A DNA stretch of 64,000 nucleotides. Source: Cytophagales bacterium. Its GTDB lineage: Bacteria; Bacteroidota; Bacteroidia; Cytophagales; 172606-1. The translations under genes and the position numbers were made by a program. The stretch spans positions 26,925 through 90,924 of the forward strand of contig JAUJNL010000002.1 of assembly GCA_030448185.1 (NCBI GenBank), in the 5' to 3' direction. Below the pieces are notes generated by a model, which was given only the letters and a program-made list of their open reading frames with translations, did no database searches and had not been told where the DNA came from. Shown piece after piece: positions 54,052 through 62,422 of the stretch. Numbering within the stretch: position 1 is the stretch's first letter; the number at the start of each line of letters is the position of its first letter.

Positions 54052-54090
54052 ATCCCCGGCCGGTTTTCAAAACCCGCCGGGGATTTTTTT
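54052..54090 (+). terminator. Rho-independent terminator; last core feature before the AT-rich segment
   Basis: ATCCCCGGC pairs with GCCGGGGAT, followed by TTTTTTT (54084-54090). Confidence 0.8.
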
Positions 54091-54405
54091 AACTCTGGCA
54101 TTTACTTCTCCTTATGCAACGTTTCACGGCAGAAAGCCCTGCCAGGGCTGCACGTTTAAATTTGACGCAGTAGTCAACCTATGCGGGTAAAAAAATAGAA
54201 ACAGTCTGATGCAACAGGTCTAAGTTTCCCGATTTTGGGCTTATGCTATCTGCCCGCTTAATGGTAAGTTAGTGTGTATTGTACACATTATTGGGTGTAT
54301 TTTTAACAGTCAGTCAGGATTGAAAACAGGGCTTCATTTGAATTTTAACCGCTTTTCAAATAAGTTGTGTGTATTAGTATGTTGTACACAAATAAAAAAA
54401 ACAAT

Positions 54406-54836
54406 ATGAAAACACTTTTTTTAACTCTGGTAACCGTTCTAATTTACTGTTCAGCTACTTGCCAAACGTTGCAAAATGACAAGATAATTGGAGAATGGAC
54501 CGTTAAGAATTCCCAGTTGATTGCTGAAATGGGACTCGATAAAGAACAGTCTCAACAAATGGAAAGCCTAAGGAAAGGATTCATTGGCTCCACATTTGTC
54601 TTTAAAGCTGACCGTATCTTCCAGATTAAGTTTCCTGCTACTGCCAATAACTTTATGAAGGAGCTAGCGATGTTGAATAATAAAAATGGAAACTAAATCC
54701 GAAAGAAAGTTCAGTAGCAATTGGAACAGATAAAGACCAATACTCTTTAATGGGAATTCTTGTAAAAAATCAAGGAGGTAAGACCTATTTTATCCTTGAG
54801 GAGAGCCCTTTCTTATTAGAAGTCACTAAGAAATAA
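54406..54836 (+). CDS. Cassette ORF A: hypothetical small secreted protein (one frame break in an A-run near 54690)
   Basis: MKTLFLTLVTVLIYCSATCQ signal. The body continues after the break as KWKLNPKESSVAIGTDKDQYSLMGILVKNQGGKTYFILEESPFLLEVTKK-stop (54836). Confidence 0.5.
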
Positions 54837-54841
54837 TCTGT

Positions 54842-54926
54842 GGCTAACACCGCGTTCGACCGACCACCAGCCCTGCCAAGCGCATAGCCTCACCGCAATG
54901 GTCATGGCGTCGGGAATGCTAGTTCC
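54842..54926 (+). repeat. attC-like element 1 (starts 6 nt after the ORF A stop; interrupted at its 3' box by the intron)
   Basis: Left box GGCTAAC (54842-54848). The inner stem pairs TTC[GA]CCGAC with GTCGGGAA. Central part GCGCATAGCCTCACCGCAATGG. GTT at 54922-54924. The expected right tail CTGCAACCCAAAAAA follows the intron at about 55733. Confidence 0.45.
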
Positions 54927-55729
54927 GTGTGCGACTCGTTTTCTTGAAAGATCGAAAGATCGGGAAAGAAGCAGCATGGAGACATGCTGACAACTCAAGG
55001 TTCGAACAAGTGCGACTTTTAGTCAACTCTTGTCCCAAACGTGAATTGGAGAAAGCGTTGCCCCCATTGTTAGTCTTGACACGACTAAGGGTGGATGCAG
55101 GGGCAAGAAGCCGGTCACGTTAAACGCTCTAGCGAATCCCGGCAAGCAGGAAGGTACGGACAGCGCAGAGCGAAGCTACTCTGACCCATCGTAAAGCACG
55201 ACAAGCCAACGAGCGTTAACAGGCTTGACCAAAACGGTACAGGATAGGGGGCTGGCGGCGAGGGATCCGACCAGTATTCACGCCCGCAAAACCCAGTGGA
55301 AAGTAGCGTCCTAACCCTTCACAAAACGAACCTTGGGAACGAGGAAAAGCCTTGTGTTCTCTTTCTGGTAGCAGTTTTACCCGAAAGCAGGTGTCAACCG
55401 CATGAACACAAGGAGTAGGATTGTCTATCAAGCTAACGCTTCGGGTAATGCCGAAGATACGCCCACGTAGACACCTTAGGATTGGAAGGTAAACTGGCCG
55501 GTAGGAGTCAACATGTTATGAGCACGGATGCAAATCTGATGTATGAATGGAAAGATTAAACCTGAAAGGGTTTACTTTCAAGCTCCAAAAAGCGAATTTA
55601 CCAAGCCTCTTTCATCGAAGAGGTGCTCCTTGCCAGGGAGCCAATTCAAGGAGGAGCCGGATGAGGGGAAACTATCATGTCCGGTTTTGGAGGACCAGCC
55701 GAAGGGGTAACCCTTCGGCTGAGTCTAAC
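54927..55729 (+). ncRNA. ORF-less group II intron (about 0.8 kb; 5' end is either 54927/54929 or 55010)
   Basis: 5' GUGUGCGAC/GUGCGAC. Domain V at 55654-55687 is exactly 34 nt, GAGCCGGAU-GAGG-GAAA-CUAUC-AU[GU]CCGGUUU, with the AGC triad, a 2-nt bulge and a GNRA loop. Domain VI at 55692-55726 has a perfect stem CAGCCGAAGGG-GUAA-CCCUUCGGCUG and a bulged A at 55722, 7 nt before ...CUAAC. Domain IV is reduced to a stub, CCUUG-13nt-CAAGG. No ORF in the segment has RT motifs. Confidence 0.75.
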
Positions 55730-55784
55730 TACCTGCAACCCAAAAAACGAACACAAATTTCACAATAATTCTAACTGAAATAGT

Positions 55785-56600
55785 ATGGACATAGCTGGGA
55801 AAAATATTTTAATCACAGGTGCTTCTGCTGGAATAGGCAAAGCTTTGGCTGATACGTTGGCGAATGAAGCGGCTGTTTTGGTTTTGGTCGCAAGACGACT
55901 TGAAAAAATTGAAGAAATAAAAGCCAACCTTTTTAAAAATATCCAAACCTAAAAGTTATACTCTTTGGAAAGGATATTTCAATAAGAGAAAACCAAATTG
56001 AAATTTTGGCAGAATTGCACAATCAAAATATTGCATTGGATATGTTAATCAACAATGCGGGTATTGGGGATGAAAGCCTGTTTTTCGAAAGTGAATGGAA
56101 AAAAGCAGAAAACATTATTGACCTGAACAACAAAAAGCGTGATCAGCCTTACCCACCTTTTAGTGCCTCAGTTTGTAAAAAATCCGAAAGGAAAATGTAT
56201 CGTTTTTATAGGCTCGGGCGGAGGTATTGCTTGGATGGCGGGCAGCCTTGATTATTACGCTGCAAAACACTTCATCACAGCAGCGGCAATGATTGTAAGA
56301 GCTGAACTTAAACCAAAAGGCATTCAAGTAAATTTGGTTTGTCCCGGCCCCGTAGATACAGAGTTTGATGCTCTTGCAGGTATTGAAAAAGGAATGAAGG
56401 GCGGACCTTCCCAAAAAACAAGAATTTCATCTGAGGAATGCGCCAATGATATTATAAAAGGCATTAAGCAAAACAAAGCTGCCATATTTCCTGGCAAAAA
56501 ACTAAATAGATTAATGAAATTCTATTTATTGCTTCCGTGGAATATTCGTAGGATTATTTTAGAAAATGATGGCAAGAAATTATATAAAAATCAATTTTAG
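55785..56600 (+). CDS. Cassette ORF B1: short-chain dehydrogenase/reductase, frame broken at least 2 times
   Basis: MDIAGKNILITGASAGIGKALA (TGxxxGIG). Also NNAGIG. The YYAAK motif (YxxxK) is in ORF 56139-56600. Fragments lie at 55785-55950, 56006-56251 and 56139-56600. Confidence 0.75.
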
Positions 56601-56602
56601 TT

Positions 56603-57058
56603 ATGTATGAACTCTTAAAAATTTCAACGCTTATAGTTGCGGGTTGGTTAGCGGGAGCCGAAAGTGGTTCTTGGTCTTGTGTACATCCGGTAATTGCCAA
56701 ACTTGATCCCGACAACCAAATACTTTTCCAAAAGGGATTGCTTAAAACCTTTGGACGGATAATGCCGGTCTTAATGCCTTTAAACTTTATGTTGGTTATT
56801 TTACTGGCCAGTTTCACTGAAGATAAGACTTCAATGATTTTTTATTTACGACTTATTGCGGTCATTCTTTTGGCGACAATGATTTTTACAACAGTTGTCT
56901 TTAACGTTCCTGTCAATATCCAAACTGGAAAGTGGAATGATGAATACAATGAGAAATGGAAAAAGAAAAGAAAAATATGGCAAATTTTTCAAGGTTATCG
57001 CTCTATAATACTATTTATCGTATTTGTGGTGTTAGTAGTTGCACAAATCCGATACTAA
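56603..57058 (+). CDS. Cassette ORF B2: DUF1772-like small membrane protein
   Basis: 151 aa with 4 hydrophobic segments. It starts 3 nt after the SDR stop. The DUF1772 call is from memory. Confidence 0.55.
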   Translation: MYELLKISTLIVAGWLAGAESGSWSCVHPVIAKLDPDNQILFQKGLLKTFGRIMPVLMPLNFMLVILLASFTEDKTSMIFYLRLIAVILLATMIFTTVVFNVPVNIQTGKWNDEYNEKWKKKRKIWQIFQGYRSIILFIVFVVLVVAQIRY

Positions 57059-57059
57059 A

Positions 57060-57224
57060 GGAAGCTAACCAAAAAAGGCAGCTGGTAACATTGACTATAA
57101 GCAATGCGGGTTTGGTGATAAATTGAAAGTGAGTGAACATTAACAAACATATCAGTAGGCTGAAAGTGAAGAGCTTTTTAATCCCGCACTCACGCATCGC
57201 CTTGTACGTTCGTTGGCAGTAAGC
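57060..57224 (+). repeat. attC-like element 2 (longest, AT-rich interior)
   Basis: Left GCTAAC (57064-57069) is complementary, with one G-T pair, to GTTGGC (57212-57217). Internally GTGAGTG pairs with CACTCAC and GCGGG pairs with CCCGC. It ends AGTAAGC + AAAAGAAAAAATG. Confidence 0.35.
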
Positions 57225-57234
57225 AAAAGAAAAA

Positions 57235-57630
57235 ATGAAACGAGGATTGTTACTTGTGTTTCTGCTGATCAGCAAAGCGGCTCTCTCACAAACTCAATTA
57301 GAGATGAACCAGCAGGCACACGCTGCCTATCAGCAGGCAGACAAAGAATTGAATACGGTATACCGTAAGATTTTGTCCTTGTATAAAGAGGATACCGTCT
57401 TCATTGCCAAATTAAAGGAGTCGCAGCGGATATGGGTTAAGTTCCGCGATGCCGAAGTGAAAATGAAGTATCCGGACCGAGAAGCCGGATTTTATGGTTC
57501 TGTTCATCCACTTTGTTGGTCGAACTACTTGGAACAGCTTACTTATCAACGAACCGAAAAACTAAAAGAATGGCTTAAGGGAGCCGAAGAAGGGGATGTA
57601 TGTGCGGGGTCAGCCATGATTAAAGAATGA
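57235..57630 (+). CDS. Cassette ORF C: DUF1311 (LprI lysozyme-inhibitor-like) secreted protein
   Basis: 131 aa. Signal MKRGLLLVFLLISKAALSQ. AYQQADKELNTVYRKIL...SQRIWVKFRDAEVK...GSVHPLCW...TYQRTEKLKEWL fits DUF1311. Confidence 0.7.
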   Translation: MKRGLLLVFLLISKAALSQTQLEMNQQAHAAYQQADKELNTVYRKILSLYKEDTVFIAKLKESQRIWVKFRDAEVKMKYPDREAGFYGSVHPLCWSNYLEQLTYQRTEKLKEWLKGAEEGDVCAGSAMIKE

Positions 57631-57639
57631 AAAGATAAA

Positions 57640-57766
57640 GCCAACTGCCAACACCACGCTGACCGATAACCGGGCCGCTAACCCTAGCCTTACCGCAAAG
57701 CCAACGCTGGAAAAACCCTAGCTTCGAGCCACGCCGTCGGATAGCTTTGCTCCGATATGTGCAACC
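57640..57766 (+). repeat. attC-like element 3
   Basis: GCCAACTGCCAACACCACGCTGACCGATAACCGG shares the AACACC-N9-CG-NNAACC pattern. It ends ATGTGCAACC + AAATAGAAAAATG. Confidence 0.35.
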
Positions 57767-57776
57767 AAATAGAAAA

Positions 57777-58133
57777 ATGACAAATCACGTATTCTTTTAC
57801 CTTGGACTTTCGATGATTATGATGCATGAGATGGACGCAATCAGGTGTAAAGAATGGAGAATCTTCCCCGGAATGTCATTTTTAAATGACAATATGGGCT
57901 TTAAAGTTTTTATGTTCGCTCATGTCCCACTATACTACTATATCTTTAGCAGTCTTGATGGCGAAAATAATGAAAGCTTTATTTATGGATTTAGCGTTTT
58001 TCTTGTCATTCATCTCGGTCTGCATTTACTGTTTTTAATGCATAAAAAGAATGAGTTCAAAGATTGGATTTCTTGGACAATTATTGGTGGAACTGGAGTG
58101 TGCGGATTACTCGAAATAGTATTAACAAAATAA
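57777..58133 (+). CDS. Cassette ORF D: small 4-TM membrane protein (DUF6713-like?)
   Basis: MTNHVFFYLGLSMIMMHEMDAIRCKEWRIFPG..., hydrophobic throughout. The family call is tentative. Confidence 0.5.
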   Translation: MTNHVFFYLGLSMIMMHEMDAIRCKEWRIFPGMSFLNDNMGFKVFMFAHVPLYYYIFSSLDGENNESFIYGFSVFLVIHLGLHLLFLMHKKNEFKDWISWTIIGGTGVCGLLEIVLTK

Positions 58134-58137
58134 TGAC

Positions 58138-58220
58138 GGCTGCACACAACACCATACCCGCCGACAACCGGTGCGCCTCATCGCACGGCCGGCGCTGGGT
58201 AGTTTTGATACATTAGCACC
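58138..58220 (+). repeat. attC-like element 4 (best attC-like fold)
   Basis: CACAAC (58145-58150), then 6 nt, then CCCGCCG (58157-58163). Next GTGCG-CCTCAT-CGCAC, then CGGCG[CT]GGG (58190-58199), then 2 nt, then GTTTTG (58202-58207). This is an R''/L''...L'/R'-like layout with extrahelical bases. Confidence 0.45.
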
Positions 58221-58328
58221 AATAGAAAAAATATAAAGAAAACGTAACAGCGACTAGTAGAAGTACAATTGGATAATCACTATTTTAAGTATTCTTTACC
58301 AAAAAACACTCTTTAAGGATAAACTCAG

Positions 58329-58919
58329 ATGAACCCAAGACTACTCCTTTGCTTTGCCCTCCTAGCGGGGCTAGTGTCCTGTAAGCAGACCGCTGAAATT
58401 GCCCCTAGCGAAGACGTGACTACGCTGCAAGCACGCTTCCACGGCAAGTACAAACCCATTTCCTCCACAAGCAGCGAAGCCTTAGACATAGACCAAGACG
58501 GCAAAGCCTCCACGAATATGCTTCAAGAAATAGCGGCCTTGCAAAACCAGCCAATCGAGGTGCATATCTACGGGAAAAGTCAGTACAATGCTGAGCCGTC
58601 TTTCAGTTTTGTGCATTACTGGCCTAGACAGGAATTCCGTCCGGCCGTACCGCAAGGCTATGATCCTACAGTAAAGGTGAGCTATTACACCAGTGTAGTC
58701 CACTGGGACTTTGCCTTTGACCAATCCCTTACCCAGCTTCAGTTACAACCCCAACCTCCTACTTTAACCGACCCGGAATTTTATACGCCTCCCCAAGCCG
58801 TTACCGTAAAAGAGAAGGACCGCCTGGAAGTCACCCTCACTAAACGCTTATACACCACTAGTGGCTGGAAGACGGTTCAGATCGTAACCCTCTACGAGCT
58901 ATACACCAAAGCAACGTAG
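58329..58919 (+). CDS. Cassette ORF E: hypothetical lipoprotein
   Basis: 196 aa, intact. Lipobox in MNPRLLLCFALLAGLVSCKQ. Confidence 0.6.
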   Translation: MNPRLLLCFALLAGLVSCKQTAEIAPSEDVTTLQARFHGKYKPISSTSSEALDIDQDGKASTNMLQEIAALQNQPIEVHIYGKSQYNAEPSFSFVHYWPRQEFRPAVPQGYDPTVKVSYYTSVVHWDFAFDQSLTQLQLQPQPPTLTDPEFYTPPQAVTVKEKDRLEVTLTKRLYTTSGWKTVQIVTLYELYTKAT

Positions 58920-58983
58920 TCCTTCTGGTGAAGGAAACTTTACGGTAAATCTTCATATAAAAGACATGACTAAACGAAGTAAT

Positions 58984-59084
58984 GGTGCTAACACCCCGCT
59001 GAAACGCCAACCACCCCTCCCTACCGCAGGGTTATCAGCGCAACGGACCTGGCTGCGGCAATGTTTGTTTCGTTATGCCCAACC
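58984..59084 (+). repeat. attC-like element 5
   Basis: TGCTAAC (58986-58992) + ACCCCGCTGAAACGCCAACC. The right side is GTTTC-GTTATGC (59072-59078) + CCAACC. GCTAAC pairs with GTTATGC with one bulged base. Confidence 0.4.
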
Positions 59085-59094
59085 GAGAGAAATT

Positions 59095-59484
59095 ATGTTT
59101 GATGATGAAAAGACAGAGTGGATAAAGAGAGAGTTTAAGGTAGAGGATTTTAAAGTACCTTATAGCGATTACGAAGAAAATTGAAAGTAAATTCATTATC
59201 AAGGATGATCGGCATATGCACTTTAATTATTGGAATGAGCACTTAAAAGGAGTTAAATTGGTCAAGGAGACTCTTCAATCCGCAGATGAGTTTTACCCTC
59301 TATAACCGAAGAAACGGTTAATTATTGGTTTATTATGATAGAAGGTTTCTCTTCCGGACATAGACACCGGCTGATCGATGCAAAACCATACCCAGCCCAT
59401 ACGTTTTTTCGCTGGCTTGGCACACCCTGGATGTATGTAGTGGACAAGCGATACAACTGGTTGATACTAATTGAAATTAACTAA
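59095..59484 (+). CDS. Cassette ORF F: hypothetical protein reconstructed across 2 frame breaks
   Basis: MFDDEKTEWIKREFKVEDFKVPYSDYEE / FIIKDDRHMHFNYWNEHLKGVKLVKETLQSADEFYPL / ITEETVNYWFIMIEGFSSGHRHRLIDAKPYPAHTFFRWLGTPWMYVVDKRYNWLILIEIN-stop. Three consecutive frames each look protein-like. Confidence 0.35.
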
Positions 59485-59533
59485 TGACCGGAAGAGAATT
59501 TATTATGCCAGACAAGGTATAGAAGAAAAAATA

Positions 59534-59644
59534 AAGGCCGGTGCTTAACACCGCCCGCAAACGACAACCGACCTTCCTCAACGCATTGCTCCACCGCAAT
59601 GGGATGGGTTTACGTGGGTTCCTGTTCCGTTAGCCGTTAGCAGG
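59534..59644 (+). repeat. attC-like element 6
   Basis: AAGGCCGGTGCTTAAC (GCTTAAC at 59543-59549 fits RYYYAAC). CCCGCAAAC pairs with GTTTA-CG-T-GGG, with bulges. The central hairpin pairs CATTGC with GCAATG. The right boxes are GTTAGCC (59629-59635) and GTTAGCA. Confidence 0.45.
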
Positions 59645-59841
59645 AAAAACGTCTCCTAACGGATAGAGAAGTTAGTAAAAGTCAGACAAGCCGGGTTTGC
59701 AGCAACAGATGAAGGGTTGCCAGCCGAAACCGAGCCGGAAGCAGTTGACAAAGCCCTAAGTCAACGATTTAAAACAAAAGATGAGTTGCGGCCAGTACAA
59801 TTGGTGAAAAGAGACAACGAAGCCCCGAAATTGAAGGATCA

Positions 59842-59870
59842 ATAAAGACAAAGGCTGAATGGCTAACACA
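59842..59870 (+). repeat. attC-like element 7: left end only (truncated)
   Basis: ATAAAGACAAAGGCTGAATGGCTAACAC is 25/27 identical to the start of element 8 (61770-61797). The next ORF starts at 59894. Confidence 0.5.
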
Positions 59871-59893
59871 AAATCACTGCTCGATATTATTCT

Positions 59894-61770
59894 ATGAGAC
59901 AATATTTGATACTGTTAATTCTGCTTATAAAGTTCTCCAATGCGTTATGCCAGGCCGAAAAGATAGATTCCATATTCAGTGACTGGAGATATCTTGATAG
60001 ACCAGGTGGTGTAATTGCAGTACTTAAAGACGGAGAAGTGCTTTACAAAAAAGCTTTTGGAGCATCAGATATCCAAAGGAGAAGCCCAAATTCAATCGGT
60101 ACACCTTTTGAATTAGCTTCCATAGCCAAACAATTTACAGCCACCTGTATTGCCCTTCTTGAGGAACAGGGTAAGCTTTCTAAAGAGGATGACATCAAAA
60201 TTTACTATCCTCAATTCCAGTTTTCAGAAAAAATCACCATAAAGAATCTGCTTGACCATACCAGTGGAATAAGAGAAGCGTATGTGCTAACCATCCTGTC
60301 GGGAAAGGTCAATTTAAAAGGACAGGTGCCGAAACGATATCAAACCAAGGAGCATCTGTTAAAAGTCCTGTCTAAGGAAAAAGACTTGAACTTTAAGACA
60401 GGTGATGAGCTCGACTTTCGCATTTTCTCATAATGCAACCTACCAAAGGGTTGAAATAGGGTTAATTCTTCAAATAGTTTTTGAACATCATGTCTAAAAC
60501 GCGATATTCAAAAACTAAAAATACCTTTATGTGCGCCGTTTAAGCCTGGTTTTCTGATTTTCACAAATGCGAAAGTCGAGATGAGATGGTGTACACAAAC
60601 ATCAACTATATTCTATTGGGTGACATTGCAGAAAAAGTGAGTGGTATGAAACTAAGACAATTTGCTGATAGTGCTATATTCAGGCCCTTGAAAATGCATA
60701 ACACTTTTTCAACGATCACGAAATCGGCACCAAAACGGTAGGCTATTATTATACCGGAAAAACATTTAAAAAAGGCATTCAGAAGGAGGCATTGTAGAGA
60801 TCACAATTTAATAAGCACCATTGATGATTTAATTCTTTGGAGCAATAATTTTTATGCGAACAAACTTGGAAAAAAGATCCCCTGTTCTTTGACAAGTTAA
60901 CTACAAGCAGCAGGCTAACTAATGGCGAAGCTACGGGATACGGGTATGGCCTGTTTACTTCAACCTATAAAGGGTTTGATCTGGTGTATCATGGGGGAGA
61001 TAATGGGATCCACACCTCCATACTATTGACAGTACCAGATAAAAGAATAGCGGTGGTTTGTCTTGCCAACTCGTCAAGATATAACGCCCTGGAGAGTAAG
61101 CATACAAAATCGTTGATATATTTTGGAGGATTCTTTGCCTAAATCAAAACCTTTGGAGCCTTTTAGCTATATCAATTTGGATAAAGAACAGCTTTCTTCT
61201 AAAGTTGGGCTTTACTATTTGATTGCAAAGAATAATCTCGGGCAATTGCGAAAGGTAACGTTAGAAGATGAAAGCCTGTTCATCAGTGATCATTATAGTG
61301 CAAAAGGGCTGAAGCTACATGCGGTCAGTGAGAATTATTTTGTCGCAAAGAATCCATCAGATGAATATTTACACATTTACTTTTTATCGGATTCAACCTC
61401 CGGGCATGCGCTCCGGGAGGTATACCTGGATAAAGTAGATCTGAAATTTTCGGCATACAAACCCGTTCAGGTTCAACCTGATGACTACAAAGGCACATAC
61501 GTCAACGAAAGCACCGGGGCAAGGATTAAAGTGAGTACCAGCAAAGGCGGAATCAAGGCAAGAAAGGGAATAATTAGAATACCCATGACTGTTTTCAAAG
61601 CGGATGTGTTTTATGCAACACAGAATAATGCATTGTTTGTCTTTGAAAGAAACAAAGTTAATACCGTTATTGGTTTAAAAATAAATGCAGAGGATTTTAG
61701 AAATCTCAGGTTGAATAAAATAAATCACCTATTAAAAAGAGGCGACGAAGGCCGTTGCAAGAAGCATTGA
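59894..61770 (+). pseudogene. Cassette ORF H: beta-lactamase-family serine hydrolase with C-terminal extension. Interrupted by a MITE and further frame breaks.
   Basis: SIAKQFTA (SxxK) lies in ORF 59894-60433. After removing 60410-60585 the frame continues TGDEMVYTNINYILLGDIAEKVSGMKLRQFADSAIFRPLKMHNTFF (YxN). There are further breaks at 60700-61120. The C-terminal domain is ORF 61123-61770. Confidence 0.75.
60410..60580. mobile_element. 171-bp MITE with 16-bp perfect terminal inverted repeats and 5-bp target-site duplication
   Basis: The left TIR CTCGACTTTCGCATTT (60410-60425) is the exact reverse complement of the right TIR AAATGCGAAAGTCGAG (60565-60580). ATGAG flanks both ends (60405-60409 and 60581-60585). 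Excision restores the hydrolase frame. There is no internal ORF. Confidence 0.85.
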
Positions 61771-61890
61771 TAAAGACAAAGGCCGAACGGCTAACATCAA
61801 ACAGTCTAATAACTGGGGCTCCTCCAGCGCATAGTCAAATTGCAACACCACCAATTTACGGCTGCTCATGCTACGTTGGCGGTCATTGTA
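61771..61890 (+). repeat. attC-like element 8
   Basis: TAAAGACAAAGGCCGAACGGCTAAC (GGCTAAC at 61789-61795). GAACGGCTAAC is largely complementary to GTTGGCGGTC (61875-61884). Internal small hairpins are CTGGGG-CTC-CTCCAG and AAATTG-9nt-CAATTT. Confidence 0.4.
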
Positions 61891-61923
61891 TAGACCCCCC
61901 GCAAATATTAAACAGACAAGAGT

Positions 61924-62375
61924 ATGACAACAGATCAATATCCAAAATTTTATTTGTACAGACGTATTGTTCAGGCAAAACTCTTTATTGACAAATTCTA
62001 TTCAGAAAAATCGACCTTGATAATATTTCAGACGAAGCATACTTTTCGAAATTTCATTTTATAAGACTGTTTAAATCCATTTACGGAAAAACACCTCACC
62101 AATACCTTACAACTGTCAGAATTGAGAGAGCACAACAGCTTCTCCAGCAAAACAAATCAGTAAGTGAAGTGTGTTTTTTAGTAGGTTATGATAGTGTAAG
62201 TACTTTTAGCGGACTATTCACCAAATTGGTAGGTAAAACACCTTCTCAATACTTAACTTATTTTAATCAACGAAAAAGTCAAATACAATCGAAACCGTTG
62301 GCTTTCGTTCCAAATTGTTATGCCTTTATGCACGGTTGGACCGAGAATCGCAATTTTGAAGAAACCAATATCTAA
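61924..62375 (+). CDS. AraC-family HTH transcriptional regulator (small), one frame break in an A-run
   Basis: MTTDQYPKFYLYRRIVQAKLFIDKFYSEK / IDLDNISDEAYFSKFHFIRLFKSIYGKTPHQYLTTVRIERAQQLLQQNKSVSEVCFLVGYDSVSTFSGLFTKLVGKTPSQYL. Confidence 0.75.
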
Positions 62376-62422
62376 ATCATTGCTGTCATTTGCATTGAGT
62401 TTAACAATTAAATGGATAAGCA

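Noticed and set aside
54929-55768. ORFs 54929-55123 (+), 55216-55431 (-) and 55547-55768 (+) as a possible intron-encoded protein
   Set aside because: All are 60-73 aa and show no reverse-transcriptase blocks (no YADD-type motif), maturase or endonuclease motifs. They overlap structured RNA (domains I-VI). I treated them as chance ORFs.
57015-57275. ORF 57015-57275 (minus, 86 aa) and other minus-strand ORFs inside the accessory segment (56160-56414, 56554-56817, 58325-58513, 58482-58724, 61732-61938, 62253-62447, 62485-62709)
   Set aside because: They overlap better-supported plus-strand genes or the structured elements. None has a recognisable motif.
58966-59094. N-terminal 43 codons of ORF 58966-59184 (MTKRSNGANTPLKRQPPLPTAGLSAQRTWLRQCLFRYAQPREI)
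   Set aside because: This part overlaps attC-like element 5. The A-rich leader and the ATG at 59095 (MFDDEKTEW...) match the start context of the other cassettes.
54842-61890. CRISPR array as the explanation for the regularly spaced repeats in the AT-rich segment
   Set aside because: The repeats are 85-170 nt, mutually divergent and internally structured. The spacers are 0.4-1.9 kb and protein-coding. No cas genes are present.
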